Source of the DNA: Narcine bancroftii
Lineage: Eukaryota
DNA: 64,000 nt
Direction: 5' to 3'
Assembly: GCF_036971445.1 (NCBI RefSeq)
Contig: NC_091473.1
Location: 206,708,001 to 206,772,000, forward strand
The position numbers and the translations under genes were made by a program. Positions within the stretch are counted from its first letter, which is position 1; each line of letters starts with the position of its first letter. Below are positions 13,780 to 27,430 of this stretch, piece by piece. The notes beneath the pieces were generated by a model that saw only the letters and a list, made by a program, of their open reading frames with translations, ran no database searches and had not been told where the DNA came from.

Positions 13780-15350
13780 TATATTGATTGACAATACTTT
13801 TTACTGAACGCATTTGACAAACTCCAGGCCATACATCTGTTTTCAATTATGGGACTCGCTGTCATTATGTAGAAAATTAACATCACCAACTAACACAAGT
13901 TTATGTTTTCTCCAGCTTTCTAATATCTCTCTGAAGATTTGCTCCACCAATTCACCCTGATTATTGGGCAGTGCAAATAATAATCAGACGAGTGTGGTCA
14001 TACATTTGCCGTTCCTCATTCCTACCAATGTAGCATCAGTAGATTACGTCTTTGGTCTCTTGTGCCTTAGCACAGTTGTGGAAATTTCCCTGACGAGCAA
14101 TGCCACTCCTCCACCGTTCATATCCATTTATATCGCTTCAAAACGAATGGAACCCCAGAAAATTGAGATACTACTCCTGCCCCTCCTCCAGCCAAGTTTC
14201 TCCTATGGCCACAATTCATAATTCCATGTTTCAATCCATGCTCTAAGTTTTCTTCCCTTTTCATTGAAATAGATAAACCTGAAAACATTTCCACCACCTA
14301 CTAATCTTTGACAGTGTTTGAAATTTGCACATCATCGTTTCCCACTTCCACTCCTATATATGTTCAGCACTCATTTCCATTCAACTGAAAACCTCGTCTA
14401 AACCTTTCTGAGCAGCCCTGGCAAACCATCGCACAAGGATATTAATCACATTCCAGTTCGGATTCCAATCATCCAATCTGAATAGGTCCCACATTACCTG
14501 GACGAGCGCGTAATTATTCCAAAACTGAAGCTCTCCCTCCTGCACCATGCCTTTAGTAAAGTGTTTAGCTTCATTGCTTCCTTTTCCTAACCTTACTAGC
14601 ATATGACACGTGTAGAAATCCTGAGTTCACAACCGTTGACATCCTGTCTTTCAAGCTAGGCTTAACTACCTACCTCAACTTGCAGGACACCCTCACCCTT
14701 CCTACCAAAACCATAGATAGCTATATCAATTACGGCATTCTGATGCTCATACCTACCCACCATCCACCCTCCACCCCCCACGGCGAATGTAGTGAACTGG
14801 ACTGTAAATATATCGTACCCTGCCACCAGAGAGATAACATAACATCTGAGATACTCGGTTTCTTCCACAGAGCATCATCGCTAACACTACCTATGGAAGC
14901 CCCCTATCACAGTAAATTGTCTCTTCCCCCTTGCCTTCTTAGCTACAGGCTAGATCCTGTTCCAGAGACCTGATTGACGTGGATTGTAGATGATATTTCG
15001 ACCCTCCCAAAAATACTCAAATGGTAAACATGCTATAGGGCCAACACCAAGACGGATGGCATGCACTGCCTCCCTGTTAATTTTTCCTCTTTTGTCTGTC
15101 ACCCACCTAATCCCCCTTCCTTATAGGTGTAGAAATGTCCCTGTAACCTCTGTCTACCACCCCATTTACCTCTCGAAAGATCCGAGGTTTATCCAACTCC
15201 CGCTCCAATTTCTTACCTGGGCTTATCAGTACCTGAGCCGAGTCGTCTTCTCGCAGTTTAAGTCTTTAAGGCTATCCTGACGACAGATATTCTGCAAGAG
15301 GAGCATTTTTCTGCATTGGCTGCCATTCCCACAGTTCATGACTAGCCCTA
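13780..15350 (-). mobile_element. Older CR1 LINE, endonuclease and ORF1 relic
   Basis: Degenerate EN and ORF1 esterase-like segments (e.g. WDLFRLDDWNPNWNVINILVRWFARAA). Confidence 0.7.
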
Positions 15351-15499
15351 AAATATATGCAATATGACATCCTGCAGTTGTCTAAGCCTACATGAATCAA
15401 TTTTGTTCCTTGAATACTTCAACACCTTCACCACCACCACCATCTTAGCCACTTCTCGACGTAGCATCTTGAGCCACGTCCTTGCCACCTCCAACAATG

Positions 15500-15721
15500 A
15501 CCACTCCCTCTATGACAACTCGCTTGACGACCGCTCTGCCACCGAGAATCTCACTTTGATAATTATATTTTTTTAATTACTGACCTCGTCTTCCCTTCAA
15601 TGGTTGATCTCGACTACTCCCTCTATGACCACTCGCTCGATGATTGCTCCGCTAAACAGTCCCTAACTTTATTAATGATTTTTAATTAATGACCTCGAGT
15701 TCCCTTCAACTGTTGAACGCG
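15500..15721. repeat. Two tandem ~112-bp imperfect repeats, probably CR1 5' UTR
   Basis: gac(c/t)actccctctatgac...tgacctcg..ttcccttcaa..gttga occurs at ~15500 and ~15612. Confidence 0.7.
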
Positions 15722-15849
15722 ATAGCAAATAATCTGCTAACTGCTGTGCCTCTCCTTTGCAACACTTTTGTTTTCAAATTGACCTGCATTGTCCAGATCA
15801 TCTCTCCTCTCTCTTCAACTGTTTAACGTGATTGCCCAAACAATTTTTC

Positions 15850-18800
15850 CACTGTCTTGAGCTAATGAACTTGCACAATTAAAATTTATTGAACCATGTG
15901 TGATAGGAGACCATTATATGGTTGCCTTTCCTCTTGAGACTCACACCATACTGTACATCATGAATGAATGGGAAGTCAGGATTGTCATTCAAGCGTTTAT
16001 ATTTTGACCTTGTGCAAGCTCCTTTGAGATCAATAAACCAAACCAAGTTGTCATGGAACATGTCAATCCATCCTTCACCTGTTGATCATTGAGAGAATGT
16101 TCGATGACATGACAAATTTACTAGCATTCATTCTTTCACCTTTGTCTGGATATGTCGAGTATTAGACAGGACATATAAAATATCGACTCCAAAAATTTGA
16201 CAGTACAAACCACTTCACATTCAATGCCACCGTGAAGAATTGTACATGGTTTCTCGGCCTTCCGCTTAAAATCAAAATGGATATGTTCCCTGGTAGAATT
16301 GATGGAAATATTATTGTTCTAGCACCACACAACTATGTTGTAGATCTTTATTCTGGATTCTGACTCTTATTCTCCTTATTCATCCCACAATGGTTATAAC
16401 GTCAGTGAAATTTTAAATTGAGTTAGAGGCGTAATTGCGCAGTTATTACTACATGGATTGCAGCGTGATTCCCCTGTAGTTTGAGCAGTCTGATTTCTCG
16501 CCTTTGTTTTTGTACAGGGTGATGATCATGGCATCACGAATCTTCGCTAGGATTCTCCTAAATAGAATAATACCTAGTGTCACCAAAAATCTTCTCCCAG
16601 AATCACAGTGCACCTTTCGCGCAAACAGAGGAACTACTGACATGGTCTTTGCCCTCAGACACCTCCAGGAAAAGTGCAGAGAACAAAACAAAGGACTCTA
16701 CATCACCTTTGTTGACCTCACCAAAGCCTTCGACACCATGAGTAGGAAAGGGCTTTGGCAAATACTAGAGCGCCTCGGATGCCCACCAAAGTTCCTCAAC
16801 ATGGTTATCCAACTGCACGAAAACCAACAAGGTCGGGTCAGATACAGCAATGAGGTCTCTGAACCCTTCTCCATTAACAATGGCATGACGCAAGGCTGCG
16901 TTCTCGCACCAACCCTCCTTTCAATCTTCTTCAGCATGATGCTGAAAAAAGCCATGAAAGAACTCAACAATGAAGACGCTGTTTACATCCAGTACCGCAC
17001 GGATGGCAGGCTCTTCAATCTGAGACGCCTGCAAGCTAACACCAAGACACAAGAGCAACGTATCTGTGAACTACTCTTTGCAGACGATGCCGCTTTAGTT
17101 GCCCATCCAGAGCCAGCTCTTCAGCACTTGACGTCCTGTTTTGCAGAAACTGCCAAGATGTTTGTCCTGGAAGTCAGCCTGAAGAAAACTGAGGTCCTCC
17201 AACAGCCAGCTCCCCACCATGACTACCATACCCCCACATCTCTATCGGGCACACAAAACTCAAAACGGTCAACCAGTTTACCTATCTCGGCTGCACCATT
17301 TCATCGGATGCAAGGATCGACAACGAGATAGACAACAGACTCGCCAAGGCAAATAGCGCCTTTGGAAGACTACACAAAATAGTCTGGAAAAACAACCAAC
17401 TGAAAAACCTCACAAAGATTAGCATATACAGAGCCATTGTCATACCCACACCCCTGTTCGGCTCCGAATCATGGGTCCTTTACCAGCATCACCTACGGCT
17501 CCTAGAACGCTTCCACCAGTTTTGTCTCCACTCCATCTTCAACATTCATTGGAGCGACTTCATCTCCAACATCGAAGTACTCGTGATGGCAGAGTCCAAC
17601 AGCATTGAATCCACGCTGCTGAAGATCAAACTGCGCTGGGTATGTCACGTCACCAGAATGGAGGACCATCACCTTCCCAAGATCATGTTATATGGTGAGC
17701 TCTCCACTGGCCACCGAGACAGAGGTGCACCAAAGAAAAGGTTCAAGGACTGCTTAAAGAAAGCTCTTGTTGCCTGCCACATTGACCATCGCCAGTGGGC
17801 TGATATCGCCTCAAACCGTGCATCTTAGCACCTCACAGTTCGGCGGGCAGCAACCTCCTTTGAAGAAGACCACAGAGCCCACCTCACTGACAAAATACAA
17901 AGGAGGAAAAACCCAACACCCAACCCCAACCAACCAATTTTACCTTGCAACCACTTCAACTGTGTCTGCCTGTCCCGCATTGGATTTGTCAGCCACAAAC
18001 GAGCCTGCAGCTGACGTGGACATTAGCCCTCCATAAATCTTCATCCGCGAAGCCAAGCCAAAGAAAAGAAAGAAAACATGGATTAGAGCAATATTTGAAT
18101 TCCTTGTGTTGATGGTCTGTGTTGAAGTGTACACCATTGAATAAGATGATAAACCAAATGCTGAGGGACAGTGTCCCAATTTCTTTACTTTGGTCGTACG
18201 CTTTGCGGTTTTGTTCATGGGTGGGGATGGGGTGATTCTAAGACAATGATATTCATTCCATTTCCGAAGGTTCCCCAAAATCTTTAACACAAATATTACA
18301 ATTGAGACAATCCTGTGAACTGAAAGCCATTGTCTGAGGAGGAAACGCCCAACACATCTTGAAAACACAAACTCTGAATGTTCATTCTCTTTCTTGAACG
18401 TGGTGCATGTCTAGAAATTAATTTCCTAACATATAATTGATGCACTCTACCAAAAAGTGTCACGACAGGAATATGGAAATTGCATGAATATAATACAGCC
18501 ATGTTTCGAAATATTTTGTCTCAAATCGGAGTCAATGAGAATCTCTAACACAGATTCCATTCTCAACAGTGAAGACACAAGGCGATCATGCGAACTTTAG
18601 CTCCAATGAGATCCGACTATGTGTATTGGCACCGTCAGCATCAAGACATAAGTCTTCCTGTTATAACTTCCTGAATATTACCAGTTTAAAGGTAATATTC
18701 AAAATTTAAAGTAACGAAAGTAGTTTCCTGTGAACCAAATTTATGTAAGTATCCAGTTTAGAGATAAATTCACCATATCCACCAATTCCGCACTGCAGTG

Positions 18801-20460
18801 GATAAATAAACAGTTTATTTCTGTGTCCTGGCTCCCAAAGCCATTTAACCAACTTATATCCGTTTTCAAAACATGAACTTCATTTGTGATTTTGTTTTCC
18901 CACTACCTCTGTGCATATTCGCGTTGTGCAGAATGTAGATATTTTCCCATGATCTGTGATATTGCTTGTAAAACTTTTGCAATCAATTATCATTGGTATA
19001 TAATTAAATTCGGGGGTTTTCTTGTACTGTGTCCATTCGACTCTTTCTGTCTTTAAATTCACCAACGCATCTCCCATGGTTTTACTGAAATTCCTATAGA
19101 CTGTTAGTTTGCCGTTGTATTTACTTCATTTTTGTTGAACAGGAATTGGATTATTCGCCCTACTTCAGTTTTCATGGATTTACCATAGATTGACAAAGCT
19201 AATTTATCATAAGGAACGCATGTATCTACATTGAGAATAATAATCAAAAATTGAATATGAATCCAATCCGTCTCAATGATTGGGAAATTATCACATAAAA
19301 TAGTCCCTTGAGTGTCCTCCAATCGTTATCCAATCAGTTATCCAATTTTTTAATCCTTACGCCACTTCTCCTAAAATATGGTTAATTAAGCCAGACACTA
19401 CAGTTAAAAGCGTGCAATGATTTAAACGGAAATCTTTTCTATACCTGTTTATCACAGATGAGATAAACTTGTCTTATCGATGGGGAAAGAATTTCCAGCT
19501 TCCGAAAAAGATGCAAAAAGGAAATACCAGAGGATTTTTCATTTATCTACGGATGACAGGTTACATTTATAAATATAAAACGTGATTCGTTATCTGGCTT
19601 CTTTAACCAAGTAATTTCTTGAGTTTTTCACAGGCCGTCGTTTTTTGACATCGATTCCATGGGTAGAAATTGGACAACAGCTATTTCCTCTGTAGATTCA
19701 TAACTCCAGAGATGGTCACATATTTGGATCTCGGGTATGTTTTGCCCCTCGTACGTATCATTTTTGATGGATGCTGATGCATCACACATTCAATTGAACG
19801 TGATAGATAATCAATTGCCACCATCACTTGCACCTAATTTGTGATAAATATTAAAATGTTGAACACGTTGATATTGGCAAGCGCCAGCACGTCTTTGACC
19901 ATTCGGAAAAGAATATCGGAGGAATGAGATTGATGGCTTTGCCCTTGAGGAAGCTGTCTTTTACCAAAAGCTCTTTCTTTAACAGCGTCGTTGCATTTTC
20001 GTCACACACAAGTATCAGCCTTCTCCAGGTGAAAAGTTTGCGTGTTTCTTTCTTCCTTCATGTGGAATCTGCCAATCCAAATCTTCCGCCCGTCCTGCTT
20101 CACCACTCCTGAGGTCATCCCGCCTTACCATTCCGAATCTGTCATTTCTCACGTTAATTTCGCTCTCCACATCACGTCCTACTGAAGAGCTCTGGCTCGA
20201 AGAAAACATCATTCATTTCCTTCAAACGATTCTACTCGAACAGCTGGGTTATTCAATTAGATTGTGCTCCGCATATTTTTCACTGCTCCATCACAATGAT
20301 CTCTTCCTGCTTAAATTTTCGGAAAAGTTAAAATGTGCAATATGATCTTTAACTGTGTTTCAAGTAATTCAGAAATAAACAGGAATTAATATTTATCGTT
20401 AATGGAATTGTCGAAGATAATGATTAAATTCATTTCAAAACTTGTGAATTGAAGCCTTTA
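15850..20460 (-). mobile_element. Highly degenerate BEL/Pao-like LTR retrotransposon relic, interrupted by RTE
   Basis: Scattered minus-strand motifs in BEL order: gag TRGK-like ~19750, DLIGAKV ~18610, WFII..NGVH (cf. WYLPHHGV) ~18140, PSILPG ~16300. No ORF survives. Confidence 0.35.
16460..18075 (+). mobile_element. RTE-clade (BovB-like) LINE, 5'-truncated with an 81-bp 5' inversion, AAAG-rich tail and 9-bp TSD ACATGGATT
   Basis: ORF 16504-17331 LPESQCTFR, FVDLTKAFD, QGCVLAP, LLFADD. 16460-16540 encodes RDAMIITLYKNKGEKSDCSNYRGITL on the minus strand. TSD copies at 16451-16459 and 18076-18084. Confidence 0.95.
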
Positions 20461-20769
20461 ACTTGTCTTCCGAAAGACGACACTATGTTTCAATATCCCA
20501 TATAATTCCATGTCCCTCCAATATATGGTGAAATTGTCCCTATTATGTTCAGAGCTCCTTCCAGCGATTTATTACAGGAGATAGTTTTAATTTTACCTCT
20601 GTTATAATCAGATATCCCACGCCAACCAAGGCTTGCTCGTGAACAAATACATTTACATAACACATACATTAATGCCCCAACTATGCAATTCTAAATTAAT
20701 CGCCTGTTGAAATAATTTCCTGGGATGAGGATACGTTTCTGAGGAATCATGCAAAATGTGTTGGAGAAC

Positions 20770-21365
20770 TCCAACGATGTTAAAATATGCATTCTCCAGC
20801 TACATTTGAGAGTAAAGCACTGTTCATGAGGTTCTATTGGGTACTGGTTTGGAGTACTGTGTGCTGTTTTGGGTGCCTTATGTTAGAAGGGGTGTAATGA
20901 TTTTGTTGGGAGTACAGATATTTACCACTATTAGTCCTGGAATGCAAGGGATAAAGCGGGAAATGTTTATTCGCTCTTGGGCTATATTAGAAGAATGACA
21001 ATGGAACACATACAACTATTTCGAATACTGAAAGGATTGGACAGTGTAGATGTGAGTAAGATATTTTCCTTGGTGGATGAATTCAGGACAAGAGTGCACA
21101 GTCTATGATATAGAAGGTATCAATTTAAAACAGAGATGAGGAGAAAATTCCATTGCCAGATAATCATAGATTTGAGGAATTCCTTGCCACATACAGCTGT
21201 GGAGGCAATATCATTGGGGTAGGTTTAAGGGTATTTTAAAATGTATCTAAGGTTATGCGGAAAAGGACGGAACTTGGAACTATATTTAGAGCAATTTATA
21301 TCACGGTGGATTTTCAGAGAAGACAGGATGGACCGAAAGGCCTACTTCTTTTCCTTTATCTTGTG
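20770..21365 (+). mobile_element. Old CR1 3' fragment (copy A)
   Basis: ggagtactgtgtgc..., gagatgaggagaaa..., gggcctacttct 3' UTR motifs. Confidence 0.75.
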
Positions 21366-21699
21366 ATCTTTGTGACGATTTTTAATGTCTGTGAGAGCGT
21401 GGTACAATATCTCCAAATACTCCTCATATTTTCACTTCTTACATCAATACTGGGACATACATTTGAAATATCATCTTCTCGTTATCCGACCTCAGATTGT
21501 CTGGCTGCAAATCGATTCATGAAACACACCCCTAATTCTAGCCAGGCCATTTCTTATTTGAGGTCCAACAAATGCGTAGCCTCAGCACAACCACGTCAGC
21601 AGCCGGGAAAAGAACAACTGATTGGTTTAGGACTTTCTAAAAATTTAATACGGTATCGAGGCATAGCGTGATGTACTCCTAACTTCCAAAGCATTGTAC

Positions 21700-24600
21700 A
21701 TTTTTGAAAATTTTATTTAAAAACAAAATCAATATTATTACAATTAATACATTATTAATCACAATAATATAATTTACAAATATATGACCAGACAAAATAA
21801 AAAAATCTCTAAAAACACCTTGCTAATTTTCCATAACCCTTAATAACCCTACTAAACTACAGCCGAAATATAAAATACATGACAAAACAGCTATATATTG
21901 ATATGGGTTGCTCGGATGACGCTCCAGGATCTCAAAGAAAACATTTTTCTCTTAAGACCTTTACTCGTTTTAGGGGAAAATGTCACCGGTTGGAGGATAC
22001 AAATAAAATATTTATAACTTTAGTCCCATTATTCCAGCATACGGATTCCAAAACGTGTAGAACTACAGAATATTTACCCCTCAAATTATTTCTAAATTAA
22101 TAAAACTTGGAATTTCTGTATGCCATCTTCTTCATTTTAATGAAATTTCTGATTTCCAAGTTACAGCAATACATTTCCTTGCTATTACCAAAACTTATTT
22201 GACAAATTTCAATTGAAAATAGGATAAAATTAGTTTAGGAATTATATTCTCAAAATTTCCTATCAACAATAATACCGATTCCAACGGGAAAAAAATACCC
22301 TAATTCTGTGTTTGAACTTACTACTCGAAATCCAAAAATGTTTCACCTTTGAACAAGACCATGTGGAATACATAAAAGTTCCAAAATGCTTCCCAGATCT
22401 AAAACTTTGATCTGATGTATCCGATTTCCATCTATTCTATTTCTCAGGTGTAATATATAATTGACATAAAGATTTAAAGTGAATTAATTGATATCTTATA
22501 TTAATTATGTTTAACATAACTTCTTTACATAAATCTTGCCAAACCTGTTGATCTATCGATATACTTACATTTGTTCCGATGTTTCCTTTGATTTAAACAA
22601 ATCTAATTTAGGTAGTTTTTCTTGTAACATTAAAAATACAATTGAAATATTTTAGCCATTCCATCAACAATTAACTTTTCTAAATGTTTAACATGTTTTA
22701 GAATAATGTCAGATTCTAATTCCTCTCTTAAATTAGCTCTTAATTGATAATTAAAAGCTGTATTGCGAGGAACATCATACATAACTTTTAATTCTCAAAT
22801 GGAATAGGTATACCTTTACCATAACGAACTCCTAATTTAGAAATATATTTCTTATTCTAAATGTTCAACAAAGAATTAACTTTTGAATATAAATGAAAGA
22901 GGTTTGGTGTTTTTAACGATAAAAAGTTTTCTATCAAATCCTAATTTAATTTTATTCCGTTCATTAAGCATAATATTTGAACGTCACTATCAGTTGACAT
23001 CAAACTCGGTTCCCTTTTATTAATAATTTCTTCGGATGTAGTTTTCCAATCTTCTTTAATTCAGTTTTAATCCATGATGACTTAGATTTTCCAAATAAAG
23101 AGACAGGAATTTTTAATGGTGCTGCTTTCAAATAATTCCTAAAATTAGGAGGTTTAATAATCTAATTCCTATTTCCATGTTTATATTTAAAGATTTTCTT
23201 GCCATTTTACCCTTCCAAGGGAAGTTCCCCACTTGTTTATTTAAATCAGAAAAAACTACAGTATGGAAATAGATAAATTTGAATTCTCACGAAAATATAC
23301 ATTTTAATAAAATTTACTTTCAATTTAAGTAATAAGTAAATGTACGTTTTTTTAAAAAAAATCTTCGTCTATTTTAATAAATTATACAATATAATTTAAG
23401 TTGTATAACTTTTTTCAAATTATTATCATCATGTACACCTAAATATTTTATCTAATCTGCCCATTTAAACTGAATATATTTTAGTCATTGTGAGTGTCCT
23501 CCTGTATTACTGGCATTAGTTCACTATTTTCCCCAGTTTATTTTATATCTTGAAACTTTTCTATATTCTACCAATTGCTTAAAAAATCTAGATAATGATA
23601 ATTGAGGTCGAGTTAAATACGCTAAAAAACCATTTGCAATTAAACTAATCTTAAATTTGGCCCGATTTATCACAAATCCTTTAAACTTTTTATCAGAATG
23701 AATCCTTGGTGCAAGAGGTTCTATAGCCAAAGCAAACAAAGCAAGTGATAAAGGACATCAGTGGCGATACCAGCTGGCTAAATAAAATGATTGAGATACC
23801 TGAACATTATTTATTACTTTAGCCTTAGGATTGTTATATAAAGCTTAAATTCAATTTATAAAATTCTATCTGAAAACAAATTTATTCAAAATTTAAATTA
23901 ATTATAACATTGTAATCTGTTAAAAGCATTTTCTGCATCTGAACTCCTTTTTCTTTTGTGCTCAAGGGATTATACTTAATAAGCTTGCAGTATTATCCGG
24001 TTTATCTTTTTTAAAACTGTTTCATCCATATTGATCAATTCAGGGATATAATCATTAATTCTGCTTGCTAAAATTTTGGCTCTAATTTTTAATCAATATT
24101 TAGCAACGATACAGATGTTTATGAAGCTGGTTTTAATAGATCTCTATCTTTATTAGGGATAACCATAATAATCACCGTTTTTAAAAGTTTCTGGAATATT
24201 ATGCAATTTAAAAGTTTATTTTATCAGCGGGATAAATAAGGAAATAATTAAATCGTTAATTGTTTTCGATAAAATTCAACAGGATATCCATTATCTCCTG
24301 GAGATTTACATTGTTGCAAACAAGTAAGTGCATTATAAGCTCCTTTTTCAGTAAAATATAATTATCTAAATCATTTTGCCTGTCTCAGTCAACATTTTTC
24401 ATATAAATTGTGACAAATAATCATCTATTAATACATAGTCATGCCACATTCAGATGAACAATGTTTTAAAAAAAAACATCCTTAAACGTTTCAGTTATAT
24501 TTTGTGGTCTAAGTGTCACTTCCTTTATCCTGTTCTATTGCATGGATTGTTCTTGAAGTCAGTTATGTTTTTAATTGCCAAGCCAAAATATTATAAGATC

Positions 24601-27400
24601 TTTATCTTAATCTACAATATTTCTCTTTACACATTTTCCTGTTTAATCTGCTAGCATTATATTAGAATATAATTTCTTATTAGACAAACTTCTAAATTTA
24701 TTCCCTGAAGGTGTTTTGAATTTCTTTTTCAAACACTTATTTATATTTCTAATTTATCCATATCTTTCATATATTATTTCTCAGCTTTGAAGTATAGCTT
24801 ATAATTTGTCCTCGTAATTAAGCTAGTAACAATTCCCAAATGATAAACTTATCTTCTGTTGAATGTAAATTTGTATCACAAAACAGTCCTATATGTTGTC
24901 GCATAAAGAACAAAAATATTCACTTTTCAATAATAAGTAGTTTAATATCTTTCTATATACTGAATGCTGTTTTAAGCAAATTCCACTTCAATCAATAATG
25001 GCGAATTATCAGATAATATTCCTGTTTTGTAGGGAATATCCGAAACTCAAACTCATTATTGATTTTTCACCTAGAACAAAAAAAAAACATGTCAACCGTA
25101 GAATTAGTACCAAATAGATAAGAACAAAAAGAAAAACCTCTGTCGTTGGGATGTATCCTTCTGCATATATGAATTAAGTTAAAATCCCTCATTAAATATA
25201 ACAATGTTTTAGCTGCTTTAGATTTAACTGCTGTTCTCAATTAATTATCCAATAGTGAATATAAACAAATAATAAATTCCTATTAAAATAGTTTTGTGAA
25301 CGTCTGATAAATTACAAAAGGTGTCTTGTATAAATTTCTCATTATCTATATTCGTTGCATATATATTTAACAGAGTGCATTACTCTAAATATATTTGACA
25401 ATTTTCCATTATATATCTACCAACCAGATCTATGATCACATTTTGAATTTTAACTATCAGATTTTTCTTACCTAAAGTTACCACTCCTCTAGGTTTAGAA
25501 TGAAATGAAGAGAAAAGTACGTGATCCATTCAATCTCTTCTTAATTTTAAATGTTCTTTTTCAGTTAAATGAGTCTCTTGCAAAAAAAAGCGATATCAAC
25601 TCCCAATTTCTTAATATAAGACAAAATTTTCTTTTTATTCCAGTTAATCCTATTAATATTAAAATATAATCTTAACAGCTTTATACATTTTCCTCCTATA
25701 TATTTTTTTAACTTCCTTTACATCACTCCGATCGAGGAATAATTTCCATAAATAGATTTGGTCCTGAACGTCGTCATCTGCAATCAAAAAATATCAAAAT
25801 TATTCAGAATTAATTAATTACTGAAAGAAAGGAAGAAAATGAAAAGGAAAACATGATTCTCCAAGTGCGAGAAAAACTAGCACTACCACCTTCCATTTTA
25901 CAGGTCATGGACAAACCATGAAAACACATGTAGCTATCAGAAATCAAACAAAGAGACCCACCGAACAAAGAGAAAAAAAAATTTTTTTTTTATCTTTCCA
26001 ACATTTCCATCCAATAAAAGGATTCTTCGTCCCTCAAAATGAAGGTAATAAAAGAGAAAATGGTGATAACATCCCCTCTCTTTATACATCAGATGCATTG
26101 CAACAAATCAGTGTCCTCTGTTACTTCAAATTGAGGCAGGTTCTCATCATACTCTTTGGCTTGTAAATATTTTGTAAAAATCACACTCTGTTGATCTGGT
26201 ATAAATATATTCAAAGTTGCAGGATAAAAAAAAATCTATCACCTTTATTATATAGAAATCTATTAACTGGATTCATTTCTCTCCTTGTCTTCAATAAATT
26301 TTGACTCAGATCTGGATAAAATAAAATCTTATCCCCTTCGTAACTCAAAAGTTCGTGTTCTTTAGTACTTCTCGTTCCAGACCAAAATGCTTTCTCCCTA
26401 TTCTGGTAGTTGATAAGTCTAACCAGGATAGTCGAACTCTTTGGGTTCGACGCAGTTTCGGTTTCAAAGCTCGATGATCTTGCTCAGTTAAAATGTTAAC
26501 TATGAAATGTTCTTCTCCGCATAACTATTATTTCTTGATAAAAACGAATCACATCTTGTCCTTCAGACAGTTCCATAATGTTCATATTATTTCTTCTACT
26601 GTAGTTTTCCAGTAAATCAACTTCCTCCGTTTTTAATTCATAGAAATCAAATGAGTACTCGTATCTTCATTCACATTAGACCCCTGCTCAATGTGGTGTA
26701 CTTCTTCGTGAACATCTTGAAATTTATTTCCAATTTATCAACACTCTGTGAAACATTACTTATTGCCTTTGTCAAATCTGTTTTAATTTTTTCCATTCTG
26801 CAGTTAACAGTTTATAATTATTCTGAAAAGCTTCAGAAAATCGATCTATTTTAGTTTAAGCTTTAATAATTTCTTTATTTAAAATCTTATTCATCCATCT
26901 AAGTCGTTCCTATTCCGAACTTCACATTTCACCTTAACTGTCGTACTCTTAACAAATCTTCTTGCTCAGAATTCGAAAGCTGGAAGAGACTCAGTGTATT
27001 TTTTTTTAATTATATTTTCCTTCTGAGGCGTCCATTCTCGACTTCTCGCACATGCACAATACAGATTTATCTTTTTCTCCTGCGCTATCTTTACGGGATT
27101 CTAGAAATAAGGTTCGGGAGGAAGGTCCCTCAGGGGGTTCTTTGCTGGTTTATCCAGAGGAGATTTCTGCTGCCTGCCTCATTGATAAGGTCGGAACGAT
27201 TTCTCTCTTCTATATTTCCGATTTTTTAAAGGTGTTGTTTTTAGTTTCCTTTTTGGTGATATTACCTTTTCTTCTGTTAATCACTTTAAAATATGTTTGA
27301 AGTAGTTTGTATTAAGTTAATAATTTGTAAAATGATTTTTAAAATTAATCCTGGGTTAGCTAATAGGTGCGTGATGGTTCTTATGAATCCCGTGATGTCC
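21700..27400 (-). mobile_element. Near full-length degenerate L1/Tx1-clade LINE (copy A)
   Basis: Minus strand: ORF1 relic ~27260-26080; EN LQETHL ~25575; DAENAF ~23930; CPLSLALFALAIEPLA ~23750; A-rich 3' end ~21700. Confidence 0.85.
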
Positions 27401-27403
27401 CGT

Positions 27404-27430
27404 CCACCACCACCACCACCACCACCACCA
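27404..27430. repeat. (CCA)9 microsatellite at the L1 5' end, not expanded in copy B
   Basis: Read directly; explains the poly-W ORF 27356-27577. Confidence 0.95.

Noticed and set aside
18900-20380. A third V gene one repeat-unit upstream of V1
   Set aside because: Homology to the unit stops at ~20387 and no V motifs or RSS are visible.
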